In this document: piece by piece, positions 35,477 through 44,991 of the stretch
How positions within the stretch are numbered: position 1 is the stretch's first letter
Layout: each line of letters opens with the position of its first letter
DNA from: an uncultured Actinomycetota bacterium
Lineage (GTDB): Bacteria > Actinomycetota > Actinomycetes > Propionibacteriales > Nocardioidaceae
Reading direction: 5' to 3'
Length of the DNA stretch: 64,000 nt
NCBI GenBank assembly: GCA_963802315.1
Contig: CAWDIF010000004.1
Location: forward strand, 1,445 to 65,444
Position numbers and translations under genes: made by a program
The notes under the pieces: generated by a model
Databases searched by the model: none
Told to the model about the DNA's origin: nothing
What the model saw: the letters and a program-made list of their open reading frames with translations, nothing else

Positions 35477-38400
35477 TGGTGCCGGTCCGCAGCCGCAGTC
35501 CGCGCGGGGTCAGGAGGAAGCCGGCGCCCTGCAGCGCCTCGCGGACGGGCGTCGGCCCGGAGCCCAGCAGGGCGGTGCCGTCCGCGCTCTCGAGGCTCAT
35601 CCGGCCCAGCGAACCGCGCCGCGCGGCCTCGGCAAGCGACTCCGCGGCCGGGCTGAGGCGGTCGAGGTCCTCGGACCAGGTGAGCAGCGTCCTGCCGCCG
35701 CGCTCGACATAGATCGTGAGCTCCCCGTCCACCAGGACGACCAGGGCGCCGGCCTTGCGCCCGGGTCGGTGGCCGCCGGACTCCTCGTCGCGGGGCCAGG
35801 GCAGCGCGGCGCCGTAGGGGTTGGCCGGGTCGGTGGCCGCCAGGCAGATCGCGGCCGGCTTGTCGTGCGGGTCGACCTCGGCGAACGTGCGGAGCCGGTC
35901 GATCGCACCGGCCGTGCCGAACTGCGCGGCACCGAGGCCGTCGACGAAGTAGCCCCGGCGGCAGCGCCCGGTGTCCTCGAACGCGGACAGGATCTTGTAG
36001 GCCGCGGCGAACCCGCCCGGTGTCCGCTCGCTCACCACCGCGCCCCGGATGACGACGCCGTGCCGGTCGAGGAGGCGCTCCGCGGTGGCGTGCGCCCGAC
36101 GGGTGGGATCGGTGTCGAGGGTGGGCAGCAACGCCCAGCGTCCGGCGGTCTCCGGCGGCCCGCCGCGAGCCGTGCTGCGCAACCGTCCGCCGACGCCCGT
36201 CGTGGACGCCATCCGCGGGCGAGCCGGACCCGCCTTGGTGCGGTGGGTGCCGCGGCCGCCGCGAGTCAGGGCACGGAGCGGGAGCAGGGTGTCGTTGCTG
36301 AGGCGTCCGGACCAGACGAGCTCCCACAGCGCTGCCGAAAGGGCTCGGTCGTCGGTCGAGCCCACGGCCTCGGCGAGCTGCCGGAAGAACCATGCGCCGC
36401 CCGGAGCGAGGGCGTCGAGGACCGACTGGTGGAGCTCTGCGAAGGATCCAGCAGAGTGCTCGAAGGGTGCGTGCTCGGGCAGGGTCAGCGGAGCCTGGTC
36501 GGCGAGATGGAGGGAGACCCAGCCGTCGGAGCCGGGCAGCGCGGAGTGTCCGGCCCACACCACCTCGCCGGCCGCGGTGAGCTCGTCGAGGTAGGCAGGC
36601 TCGTAGTCGCGGATCCGGGCGGGCAGCACCAGCGACTCCAGGGCCGACGCGGGCACCGGGGCGCCGGCGAGCTGGTCGACGACCGACAGCACACCGTCCA
36701 CCCCGCGGAGTCGGCCGCCGACGTGTTGCCAGGCCGGGACGAAGCGACCGAGCGCCGCCGGCGGGACCGGCTCGACCTCCTTGCGGAGCCGGGCCAGCGA
36801 CCGACGGCGTAGGGACCGCAGCACCTCGGCGTCGCACCACTCCGACCCGGAGCCCGAGGGCCGGAACTCACCGTCAAGAACCCGGCCCTGCGCGGAGAGC
36901 CGCTGCAGGGTGTGCCGGACCACGGCGACCCCGAGGCCGAGTCGCGCCGCCGCCTGGTCGGTCGTGAACGGGCCGTGCGTGCGGGCGAAGCGGGAGACCA
37001 GGTCGGCCAGCGGGTCGGCCACCGGGTCGGTGAAGGCGTCGGGGGTGCCGGGGGGCACGGCGACTCCCAGGCCGTCGCGCAGCCGGCCGATGTCCTCGAT
37101 GGCCGTCCAGCGCTCCTCGCCGGCCATCCGCACCTCGACGACGCGGCGCGACGAGGCCAGCGCGGTGAGCGCCTCGGTCACGTCGAACTCGGTCGAGCGG
37201 GCGACGATCTCGTCGGTGGTCAGCGGGCCCAGGAGCCGGAGCAGGTCGGCGACGCCCTCGGCGCCCCTGGCGCGTCGGTCGGGTGCCAGCCGCTGGAGCT
37301 CCGCCTCCACCTCCCCCAGAACCTCGGGGTCGAGGAGCTCGCGCAGCTCGGCGCGGCCCAGCAGCTCGGCCAGCAGACCCTGGTCGAGGGAGAGGGCGGC
37401 CGCGCGGCGTTCGGCGATGGGGGAGTCACCCTCATAGACGAACTGCGCGACGTAGCCGAACAGCAGGGTGCGGGCGTAGGGCGACGGGGTGGTGGTGGCG
37501 ACGTCGACGACCTGGACCTCGCGGCGCTCGACCGACGCCATGAGGGTGACCAGGGCCGGGAGGTCGTAGACGTCCTGGAGGCACTCGCGGACGGCTTCGA
37601 GGACGATCGGGAACGAGGGGTACTTCGAGGCCACTTCCAGGAGTGCGGCGGACCGCTGGCGCTGCTGCCACAGGGGTGAGCGGCGCCCGGGATCGCGGCG
37701 GGGCAACAGCAGCGCCCGGGCGGCGCACTCGCGGAAGCGTGAGGCGAACAGCGCGGAGCCGCCGACCTCAGTGGTGACGATGTCGTCGATCTCGTCGGCG
37801 GCGAAGACCACCAGGTCCCCACCCGGTGGCTCGGCGTCCGTGTCGGGTATCCGGATGACGATGCCGTCGTCGGAGGCCATCGCCTGACCATCGACGCCGT
37901 AGCGCTCCCGCAGTCGCGCGTTGATCGCGAGCGCCCATGGTGCGTGCACCGGGGTGCCGTAGGGCGAGTGCACGATCAGCCGCCAGTCGCCGAGCTCGTC
38001 GCGGAACCGCTCGACCAGCAGGGTGCTGTCGCTGGGCAGGATGCTGGTCGCCTCGAGCTGCTCGTGCAGGTAGGCCACCAGGTTGCCGGCCGCCCACGCG
38101 TCCAGGCCCTGCTCGCGGGCCCGCGCCTCGGCCTGCGTGACCGGGAGGGCGCCGAGCTCGCGGGTGTAGGCGCCGATGGCCCGGCCGAGCTCGGCAGGCC
38201 GCCCGAGCGAGTCGCCCTTCCAGAACGGCAGCCGCCCCGGGATACCGGGGGCCGGCGTCACCAGGACCCGGTCGTGGGTGATGTCTTCGATCCGCCAGCT
38301 GGTCGCGCCCAGGGCGAAGATGTCGCCGACCCGAGACTCATAGACCATCTCCTCGTCGAGCTCGCCGACCCGGCGGCCGACCCCCTCGCCCATCAGGAAA

Positions 38401-39995
38401 ACCCCGAACAGGCCGCGGTCCGGGATCGTGCCGCCGCTGGTGACGGCCAGCCGCTGGGCACCCGGTCGGGCCGTGAGGGTGCCGGTCACCCGGTCCCAGA
38501 CCACCCGCGGCCGGAGCTCGGCGAACTCGTCGGAGGGGTAGCGACCGGCGAGCAGGTCCAGCGTCGCGTCGTAGGCCGCCCGCGGGAGCTGGGCGAACGG
38601 AGCCGTCCTGCGGACCAGGTCATAGAGGTCGTCGACCTGCCACGCCTCGAGGGCGACCGTGGCCACCACCTGCTGGGCGAGCACGTCGAGCGGGTTGGTC
38701 GGCACCCGGAGCGACTCGATGGCACCGGCCCGCATGCGCTGGACGGCGACCGCGGTCTGGGCGAGATCGCCGCGGTGCTTGGGATAGAGCACGCCCCGGC
38801 TGACCTGGCCCACCTGGTGGCCGGCGCGGCCCACGCGCTGGAGGGCGCTGGCGACGCTCGGCGGCGACTCGATCTGGACCACCAGGTCCACGGCGCCCAT
38901 GTCGATGCCGAGCTCGAGGCTGCTGGTCGCCACCACCGCGGGCAGCCGACCGCGCTTGAGGTCGTCCTCGATGAGGGCGCGCTGCTCCTTGCTAACCGAG
39001 CCGTGGTGCGCCTTGGCGATGACCGTCTCGGCGCCCGGGCTCGCCTCGAGCGCCTCGCCGGCCCGGGCTGTCGCGATCTCGTTGAAGCGTGCCGTGAGCC
39101 GCTCGCTGAGCCGACGCGAGTTGGCGAAGACGATGGTGCTGGTGTGGGCCTCGATCAGGTCGACGACGCTCTCCTCGACGTGCGGCCACAGCGACTGGCT
39201 GCGGTCGTCGTCGCGGGAGTCGTCGTCGGAGAAGCGCGCGTCGTTGGGCTGGGTCATGTCCTCGACCGGTACGACGACCGTGAGGTCCCACTCCTTGCGG
39301 CTGGGCGGGGCGACGATCTCCACCGGCGCCGGTCCGCCGAGGAAGCGGGCGACCTCCTCGAGCGGGCGCACGGTCGCGCTCAGCCCGATCCGCTGGGCGG
39401 GCCGCTCCAGCAGCGCATCGAGCCGCTCGAGAGTGATCGCGAGGTGGGCGCCGCGCTTGGTGCCGGCGACGGCGTGCACCTCGTCGAGGATCACCGTCTC
39501 GACGCCTCGCAGCGACTCGCGCGCCTGGCTGGTCAGCATGAGGAACAGCGACTCCGGCGTCGTGATCAGCACGTCGGGAGGCGCCGTGAGGAGCTTGCGC
39601 CGGTCTCCCGCAGGAGTGTCACCGGACCGGACACCCACCGTGACGTCGGCGACTTTGGTGCCGAACCGCTCGGCGGTGTTGCGGATGCCCACGAGTGGGG
39701 AGCGCAGGTTGCGCTCGACATCGACCGCGAGGGCCTTGAGCGGGCTGACGTAGAGGACGCGGGTCCGCTTGGTCTTGTCCCTGGGGCGCTCCTGCGACAG
39801 CAGCCGGTCGATCGCCCACAGGAACGCGCTCAGCGTCTTGCCCGACCCGGTCGGTGCCACCACCAGCGCGTGCTTGCCGGCCCCGATTGCGTCCCACGCA
39901 CCGGCCTGGGCCGGTGTCGGCTCGGCAAATGCAGCCTCGAACCAGGCGCGGGTCGGCTCGCTGAAGCGGCTCAGCGGGGTGGACGTCGCGCTCAC
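35469..39995 (-). CDS. lhr: Lhr ATP-dependent helicase
   Basis: APTGSGKT, DEVH, SAT, TSSLELGID, QRVGRAGH and the long Lhr C-terminal domain. Confidence 0.96.
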   Translation of the reverse strand: MSATSTPLSRFSEPTRAWFEAAFAEPTPAQAGAWDAIGAGKHALVVAPTGSGKTLSAFLWAIDRLLSQERPRDKTKRTRVLYVSPLKALAVDVERNLRSPLVGIRNTAERFGTKVADVTVGVRSGDTPAGDRRKLLTAPPDVLITTPESLFLMLTSQARESLRGVETVILDEVHAVAGTKRGAHLAITLERLDALLERPAQRIGLSATVRPLEEVARFLGGPAPVEIVAPPSRKEWDLTVVVPVEDMTQPNDARFSDDDSRDDDRSQSLWPHVEESVVDLIEAHTSTIVFANSRRLSERLTARFNEIATARAGEALEASPGAETVIAKAHHGSVSKEQRALIEDDLKRGRLPAVVATSSLELGIDMGAVDLVVQIESPPSVASALQRVGRAGHQVGQVSRGVLYPKHRGDLAQTAVAVQRMRAGAIESLRVPTNPLDVLAQQVVATVALEAWQVDDLYDLVRRTAPFAQLPRAAYDATLDLLAGRYPSDEFAELRPRVVWDRVTGTLTARPGAQRLAVTSGGTIPDRGLFGVFLMGEGVGRRVGELDEEMVYESRVGDIFALGATSWRIEDITHDRVLVTPAPGIPGRLPFWKGDSLGRPAELGRAIGAYTRELGALPVTQAEARAREQGLDAWAAGNLVAYLHEQLEATSILPSDSTLLVERFRDELGDWRLIVHSPYGTPVHAPWALAINARLRERYGVDGQAMASDDGIVIRIPDTDAEPPGGDLVVFAADEIDDIVTTEVGGSALFASRFRECAARALLLPRRDPGRRSPLWQQRQRSAALLEVASKYPSFPIVLEAVRECLQDVYDLPALVTLMASVERREVQVVDVATTTPSPYARTLLFGYVAQFVYEGDSPIAERRAAALSLDQGLLAELLGRAELRELLDPEVLGEVEAELQRLAPDRRARGAEGVADLLRLLGPLTTDEIVARSTEFDVTEALTALASSRRVVEVRMAGEERWTAIEDIGRLRDGLGVAVPPGTPDAFTDPVADPLADLVSRFARTHGPFTTDQAAARLGLGVAVVRHTLQRLSAQGRVLDGEFRPSGSGSEWCDAEVLRSLRRRSLARLRKEVEPVPPAALGRFVPAWQHVGGRLRGVDGVLSVVDQLAGAPVPASALESLVLPARIRDYEPAYLDELTAAGEVVWAGHSALPGSDGWVSLHLADQAPLTLPEHAPFEHSAGSFAELHQSVLDALAPGGAWFFRQLAEAVGSTDDRALSAALWELVWSGRLSNDTLLPLRALTRGGRGTHRTKAGPARPRMASTTGVGGRLRSTARGGPPETAGRWALLPTLDTDPTRRAHATAERLLDRHGVVIRGAVVSERTPGGFAAAYKILSAFEDTGRCRRGYFVDGLGAAQFGTAGAIDRLRTFAEVDPHDKPAAICLAATDPANPYGAALPWPRDEESGGHRPGRKAGALVVLVDGELTIYVERGGRTLLTWSEDLDRLSPAAESLAEAARRGSLGRMSLESADGTALLGSGPTPVREALQGAGFLLTPRGLRLRTGTSA

Positions 39996-40001
39996 CCCAC
40001 C

Positions 40002-40023
40002 ATCTTGTCCGACGACACCGACA
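40002..40023 (-). promoter_or_regulatory. PafBC-type (RecA-NDp) promoter of lhr-nei
   Basis: Minus strand TGTCGG-N10-CAAGAT-N6-GTG start. Confidence 0.7.
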
Positions 40024-40062
40024 GGCTCCGGCTCCTGGTCGTCGCTGTAGTTGGATGGGCCC

Positions 40063-41253
40063 ATGCCCGACCCCGCTGGTGCCGCTGCCCGCGCAGCCCG
40101 GTTGACGGCCGAGCTCGACGCGCGGCTCGCGTCGTCGGACGTCGCGCTGGCGACCGGGTTCCCAGGCGAGCGACCGGGCCGTCAGCCGGTGCACACCGTC
40201 TATGTCCCCGCGGACAGGTACGACGCCCGGCTGGTGCCGGCGTACGGGGCGACCGCGCTGGCCCTGCTCGACGAGCACGCCGGTGGGTTCGCCGATCTCG
40301 TCGAGGACGACGACGTGGTGGCCAGGGTTCGCGCCAAGCTGACGAGCGAGCCGGTGGAGGATCTGCGCGTCGACTTCGAGGACGGCTACCTCCGCAGGAC
40401 CGACGAGGACGAGACCGCCGACGTGGTGCGGGCGGCCACGGCGTTGGCCGAGAGCCAGCTGGTCGGCGAGGCGGCACCGTTCGGGGGCATCCGCATCAAG
40501 TGCTGGGAGCCGCACCTCCGGAGCCGGTCGATCCGGACCCTGACCGCCTACGTCGAGACCTTGCGCGAGGCCGGGGCGGACCTCCAGGGCTGGGTGGTGA
40601 CCCTGCCCAAGGTGACCAGCGTCGACCAGGTCGAGGCGATGGTCCACGTCGCCGAGACCCTCGACCTGCGCTTCGAGCTTCAGATCGAGACGCCGCAGTC
40701 GATCCTCGGTCCGGACGGGACCGCCCTGGTGGCCCGGATGGTGCATGTCGGCGGCGCGCGGCTGATCGGGCTGCACTACGGGACCTACGACTACTCCGCG
40801 TTCATCGGCATCGCGGCGGCGTACCAGTCGCTCGAGCACCCGGTCGCCGACCACGCCAAGCTGGTGATGCAGGCGGCCGTCGCCGGCACCGGTGTCCGGC
40901 TCTCGGACGGCTCGACCAACATCCTTCCGATCGGCGACGCGCAGACGGTCGTCGGCGGGTGGCGCCATCACCACCGGCTGGTGCGCCGCTCGCTCGAGCA
41001 CGGCTACTACCAGGGCTGGGACCTGCACCCGGCCCAGCTGCCGACCCGGTACGCCGCGACCTACGCGTTCTATCGCACGGGACTGAGCGCCGCGCTGGAC
41101 CGGCTCGAGGCCTATGTCGAGCAGGTCGAAGGCTCCGTGGTCGACGAGCCCGCGACCGCTCGGGCGCTCGCGAGGTACGTGCTGCGCGGCGTCGACTGCG
41201 GCGCGGTGGACGCCACGGAGACGCGACACCTCCCGCTCACGAGCTTCATCTAG
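40063..41253 (+). CDS. HpcH/CitE (aldolase/citrate lyase) superfamily protein, DUF6986-like
   Basis: QPVHTVYVP, DLRVDFEDGY, LPKV, QIET, HYGTYDYS, LSDGSTN and GWDLHPAQ. Confidence 0.75.
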   Translation: MPDPAGAAARAARLTAELDARLASSDVALATGFPGERPGRQPVHTVYVPADRYDARLVPAYGATALALLDEHAGGFADLVEDDDVVARVRAKLTSEPVEDLRVDFEDGYLRRTDEDETADVVRAATALAESQLVGEAAPFGGIRIKCWEPHLRSRSIRTLTAYVETLREAGADLQGWVVTLPKVTSVDQVEAMVHVAETLDLRFELQIETPQSILGPDGTALVARMVHVGGARLIGLHYGTYDYSAFIGIAAAYQSLEHPVADHAKLVMQAAVAGTGVRLSDGSTNILPIGDAQTVVGGWRHHHRLVRRSLEHGYYQGWDLHPAQLPTRYAATYAFYRTGLSAALDRLEAYVEQVEGSVVDEPATARALARYVLRGVDCGAVDATETRHLPLTSFI

Positions 41254-41262
41254 GGTCGGGCG

Positions 41263-42540
41263 ATGGCCACGGTCCTGGGAGCGAACCAGTACGGCAAGGC
41301 GGAGAACCGGGTCGTCCGCGTCGTGCGCGACACGCCGGTCCACCAGATCCGGGACCTCAACGTCTCGACGTCGCTGCGAGGTGAGTTCACCGACGCGCAC
41401 GTCACCGGCGCTCAGGCGCAGGTGCTGCCGACCGACACCCAGAAGAACACCGCGTTCGCCTACGCCAAGCTGCACGGCATCGACTCGATCGAGGACTACG
41501 GCCTCGCGCTCGGTCGTCGGCTGGTCGAGGCGACACCCGCCGCCACCGAGGCCGAGGTCCGCATCGAGGAGTACGCCTGGGACCGGATCGGCGACCACTC
41601 GTTCGTCCGCCGGGGCGGCGCGCTGCGCACCTGCGTGGTCACCGTCGGGCGTTGCTCCACGCACGTCGTGTCGGGGGTCAAGGACCTGGTGGTCCTCAAC
41701 TCCACGGACTCGGAGTTCAAGGGGTTCCTGACCGACGAGTTCACGACGCTCGCCGAGACCGACGACCGGATCCTCGCCACGTCGCTGGTGGCCACGTGGC
41801 GGCACTCCGGCACCGACGTCGACTGGAACGCGTCCTACGACGCCGCGTTGGCCACGATCCTGAGCACCTTCGCCGGCACCTACTCCCGCGCGCTGCAGGA
41901 GAGCCTCTATGCGATGGGCACCGCCGTCCTCGAGGACCAGCTCGGCATCAGCGACATCTCGTTCGCCGCGCCCAACAAGCACCACTTCCTGGTCGACTTC
42001 TCCGGCTTCGACGTCCCCGGGCTGACCAACGACGGCGAGGTCTTCATCGCCGCCGACCGCCCCTACGGACTGATCGAGGCCACCATCGTCCGCGAGGTCG
42101 AGGCCACGCGCGAGGTGCTGCTCGGTGCACTGGCGGTGCCGCGCTGGGCCGACGACGTGCAGGCCGCGCAGCCCTACCCCGGCCGACAGGCCTTGCTCGA
42201 GGCCGCCGACCTGGCCGCCCGTGCGCTGAGCGACGAGGAGCTCGACCAGGCGCTCTCGGGCCACCCCAGGATCGGCGAGCGGGGCGGAGCGCAGTCGCAG
42301 CACGAGCAGTCCGGCGTCGACCCGTCGGCCGCAGACACGGCCGCGAGACTCGCGGCGGGCAATGCGGCCTACGAGGAGAGGTTCGACCGGGTGTTCCTCA
42401 TCCGAGCGGCCGGGCGCGACGCCGAGCAGATCCTCGCCGAGCTCGACCGGCGGCTGGGCAACGACGAGGCGACCGAGCGTGCCGAGACCGTCGACAACCT
42501 GCGTCAGATCGCGCTCCTCCGTCTCGAGGCGTCCCTGTGA
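41263..42540 (+). CDS. pucL: Uricase fused to a C-terminal OHCU decarboxylase domain
   Basis: Uricase motifs YGK, PTDTQKNT, DRILAT, QESLY, PNKHHF and PYGLIE, continuing in frame into UraD motifs HPRIG, SQHEQSG, YEERFDRVFLI and QIALLRL. Confidence 0.9.
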   Translation: MATVLGANQYGKAENRVVRVVRDTPVHQIRDLNVSTSLRGEFTDAHVTGAQAQVLPTDTQKNTAFAYAKLHGIDSIEDYGLALGRRLVEATPAATEAEVRIEEYAWDRIGDHSFVRRGGALRTCVVTVGRCSTHVVSGVKDLVVLNSTDSEFKGFLTDEFTTLAETDDRILATSLVATWRHSGTDVDWNASYDAALATILSTFAGTYSRALQESLYAMGTAVLEDQLGISDISFAAPNKHHFLVDFSGFDVPGLTNDGEVFIAADRPYGLIEATIVREVEATREVLLGALAVPRWADDVQAAQPYPGRQALLEAADLAARALSDEELDQALSGHPRIGERGGAQSQHEQSGVDPSAADTAARLAAGNAAYEERFDRVFLIRAAGRDAEQILAELDRRLGNDEATERAETVDNLRQIALLRLEASL

Positions 42541-42833
42541 GCTCACTGTCCACGCACGTCCTCGACACCGCGACCGGGCTGCCGGCGACCGGAGTCCGGG
42601 TGACCCTGGAGACCAGGTCGGGCACACCCCTCGATGAGGCGGTGACCGACCAGGACGGCCGGATCGGGTCGCTCGGGGGAGAGCTCGGCGCCGGCGACTA
42701 CGTGCTGCGCTTCGACACCGGCGGCGTCTTCTTCCCCGAGGTCGTCGTCGTGTTCACCATCTCCGACGAGCGGCACCATCACGTGCCGGTCCTCCTGAGC
42801 CCCTACGGATTCTCCACCTACCGTGGCAGCTGA
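42537..42833 (+). CDS. uraH: 5-hydroxyisourate hydrolase
   Basis: LSTHVLD, DGR, HHHVPVLLSPYGF and terminal YRGS. Confidence 0.95.
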   Translation: MSSLSTHVLDTATGLPATGVRVTLETRSGTPLDEAVTDQDGRIGSLGGELGAGDYVLRFDTGGVFFPEVVVVFTISDERHHHVPVLLSPYGFSTYRGS

Positions 42834-44151
42834 TCTCGTCATCCAGGCGCGGCGCGGGATCGTCGCGGGCGCCGAGACAGCGGTCAGCGTCGGCATCACC
42901 GGCGAGCGGATCACCTCCGTCACGCCGTACGACGAGCCGCCGGCCGCCGCGCGCACGATCACGCTCGAGGTCGACGAGGTCCTGCTTCCCGGACTCGTCG
43001 ACACCCACGTGCACGTCAACGAACCCGGCCGGACCGAGTGGGAGGGCTTCGCCACCGCGACTCGGGCCGCGGCGGCGGGCGGCGTCACCACGATCCTGGA
43101 CATGCCGCTCAACTCGGTCCCGCCGACGACGACGGTCGCCGGGCTGCAGGCCAAGCGAGCCGTGGCCGCGGGGCAGATCAGCGTCGACGTCGGCTTCTGG
43201 GGCGGTGCCGTCCCCGGCAACGTCCCCGACCTCGCTCCGCTGCACGACGAGGGTGTCTTCGGCTTCAAGTGCTTCCTGCTGGACTCGGGCGTCGAGGAGT
43301 TCCGGCACCTCGAACCCGACGAGTTCCGCGGGGCGCTGCTCCACACCGCGAGTCTCGGCGCCTTGATGATCGTGCACGCCGAGGATGGGCGCCTGCTCGA
43401 TCAGGACGCCATCGACGGGACCCACTACGCGGGGTTTCTGGCGTCGCGTCCCGGGAGGGCCGAGGAGTCGGCGATCAGGCGGGTCATCGACGACCTCGCG
43501 CTGCTCGGCGGCAGGGGGCACATCGTGCACCTGAGTGCGGCCAGCGCCGTGCCCATGCTTCGCGATGCCCGAGACAAGGACGTCGACATCAGCGTCGAGA
43601 CCTGTCCGCACTACCTGACCTTCGACGCCGAGCACGTCGCGGATGGCGCGACGGAGCTGAAGTGCTGCCCGCCCATCCGGGACACGGCCAACCGCGAGGC
43701 GCTGTGGGAGGGCCTCGCCCGCGGCGACATCGACATGATCGTCTCGGACCACTCGCCGTGCACCGTCGACCTCAAGCAGCGCGGCGGTGGTGACTTCGGC
43801 CAGGCATGGGGCGGCATCGCGTCCGTCCAACTGGGCCTGCCCGCCGTGTGGACCGGCGCCGAGGCCCGTGGGCACTCGCTGGTCGACGTCGTGCGCTGGA
43901 TGGCGAGCGCGCCCGCCGACCGGGTCGGCCTGACCCACAAGGGCCGGATCGAGGTGGGCGCGGACGCCGACCTCGTCCGGTTCGCTCCCGACGAGGAGTT
44001 CACCGTGAACGTGGCCACGCTGCACCACCGCAACCCGGTCTCGGCGTACTCCGGCCGTCGACTGCGCGGGGTCGTGCGCGAGACCTGGCTCCGTGGCAGG
44101 GTCGTCGGCGACGCCCCGGCCGGCCGGCTGCTGCGCAGAGGAGAGCGATGA
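42823..44151 (+). CDS. allB: Allantoinase
   Basis: DTHVHVNEPGRTEWEGF, DMPLNS, ETCPHY, KCCPPIR, SDHSP and AWGGI. Confidence 0.95.
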   Translation: MAADLVIQARRGIVAGAETAVSVGITGERITSVTPYDEPPAAARTITLEVDEVLLPGLVDTHVHVNEPGRTEWEGFATATRAAAAGGVTTILDMPLNSVPPTTTVAGLQAKRAVAAGQISVDVGFWGGAVPGNVPDLAPLHDEGVFGFKCFLLDSGVEEFRHLEPDEFRGALLHTASLGALMIVHAEDGRLLDQDAIDGTHYAGFLASRPGRAEESAIRRVIDDLALLGGRGHIVHLSAASAVPMLRDARDKDVDISVETCPHYLTFDAEHVADGATELKCCPPIRDTANREALWEGLARGDIDMIVSDHSPCTVDLKQRGGGDFGQAWGGIASVQLGLPAVWTGAEARGHSLVDVVRWMASAPADRVGLTHKGRIEVGADADLVRFAPDEEFTVNVATLHHRNPVSAYSGRRLRGVVRETWLRGRVVGDAPAGRLLRRGER

Positions 44152-44987
44152 CCCAGGCGCCGAACTACTACGTGCCCAAGGGCGGGCTGCCGCCGCAGAC
44201 CGCGCTGACGACCGACCGGGCCCGGTTCACCGAGTCGTACGCCGTGATCCCGCGGCGCACGATGAGCGACATCACCGCCTCGTTCCTCCCCGGTTGGGAC
44301 GGCATGCGGATGTGGGTCCTGGCCAGGCCCCTGACCGGCTTCGCCGAGACGTTCAGCTGGTACGCCGTGGCGCTGAATCCCGACGGTGGGTGCGACCGGC
44401 CCGAGCCCGACCCCGAGGCCGAGGGGGTGCTGTTCGTCGTCCAGGGTGCGCCGACATTGACGCTGGACGGGGCCGAGCACCCGCTGGTCCCCGGCAGCTA
44501 TGCCTTCATCCCCCCCGGCGCCGAGTGGAGCATCCGCAACCGGACCGACCACATGGTCACGTTCCACTGGATCCGCAAGCGGTACCAGCCCGCCGACGGA
44601 CTGGCCGTCCCCGAGGCCTTCGTGGTCCGCGAGCAGGACGTCACACCGCTCCAGATGGCGGGCACCGAAGGCGCCTGGTCGACCACCAGGTTCGTGCCGA
44701 TCGGCGACCTCCGCCACGACATGCACGTCAACGTCGTCAACTTCCAGCCCGGCGGGACCATCCCCTTCCCAGAGACGCACGTCATGGAGCACGGCCTCTA
44801 TGTGCTCGAGGGCAAGGGCCTCTATCTGCTCAACCAGGACTGGGTCGAGGTCGAGGCGGGCGACTTCATGTGGCTGCGCGCCTTCTGCCCCCAGGCCTGC
44901 TACGCGGGGGGGCCGGGGCCGTTCCGCTACCTGCTCTACAAGGACGTCAACCGTCACGCGAATCTCACGCCGGGGCTCGTAGGGTAG
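44148..44987 (+). CDS. allE: (S)-ureidoglycine aminohydrolase-family bicupin
   Basis: YYVPKGGLPPQ N-terminus, ETHVMEHGLY, FCPQ and YLLYKDVNR. Confidence 0.85.
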   Translation: MTQAPNYYVPKGGLPPQTALTTDRARFTESYAVIPRRTMSDITASFLPGWDGMRMWVLARPLTGFAETFSWYAVALNPDGGCDRPEPDPEAEGVLFVVQGAPTLTLDGAEHPLVPGSYAFIPPGAEWSIRNRTDHMVTFHWIRKRYQPADGLAVPEAFVVREQDVTPLQMAGTEGAWSTTRFVPIGDLRHDMHVNVVNFQPGGTIPFPETHVMEHGLYVLEGKGLYLLNQDWVEVEAGDFMWLRAFCPQACYAGGPGPFRYLLYKDVNRHANLTPGLVG

Positions 44988-44991
44988 GCCG

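Noticed and set aside
37944-42627. Very long alternative ORFs (1146 aa, 1002 aa and similar ones elsewhere)
   Set aside because: They are antisense or off-frame shadows of real genes, typical of GC-rich DNA, and have no recognisable motifs.
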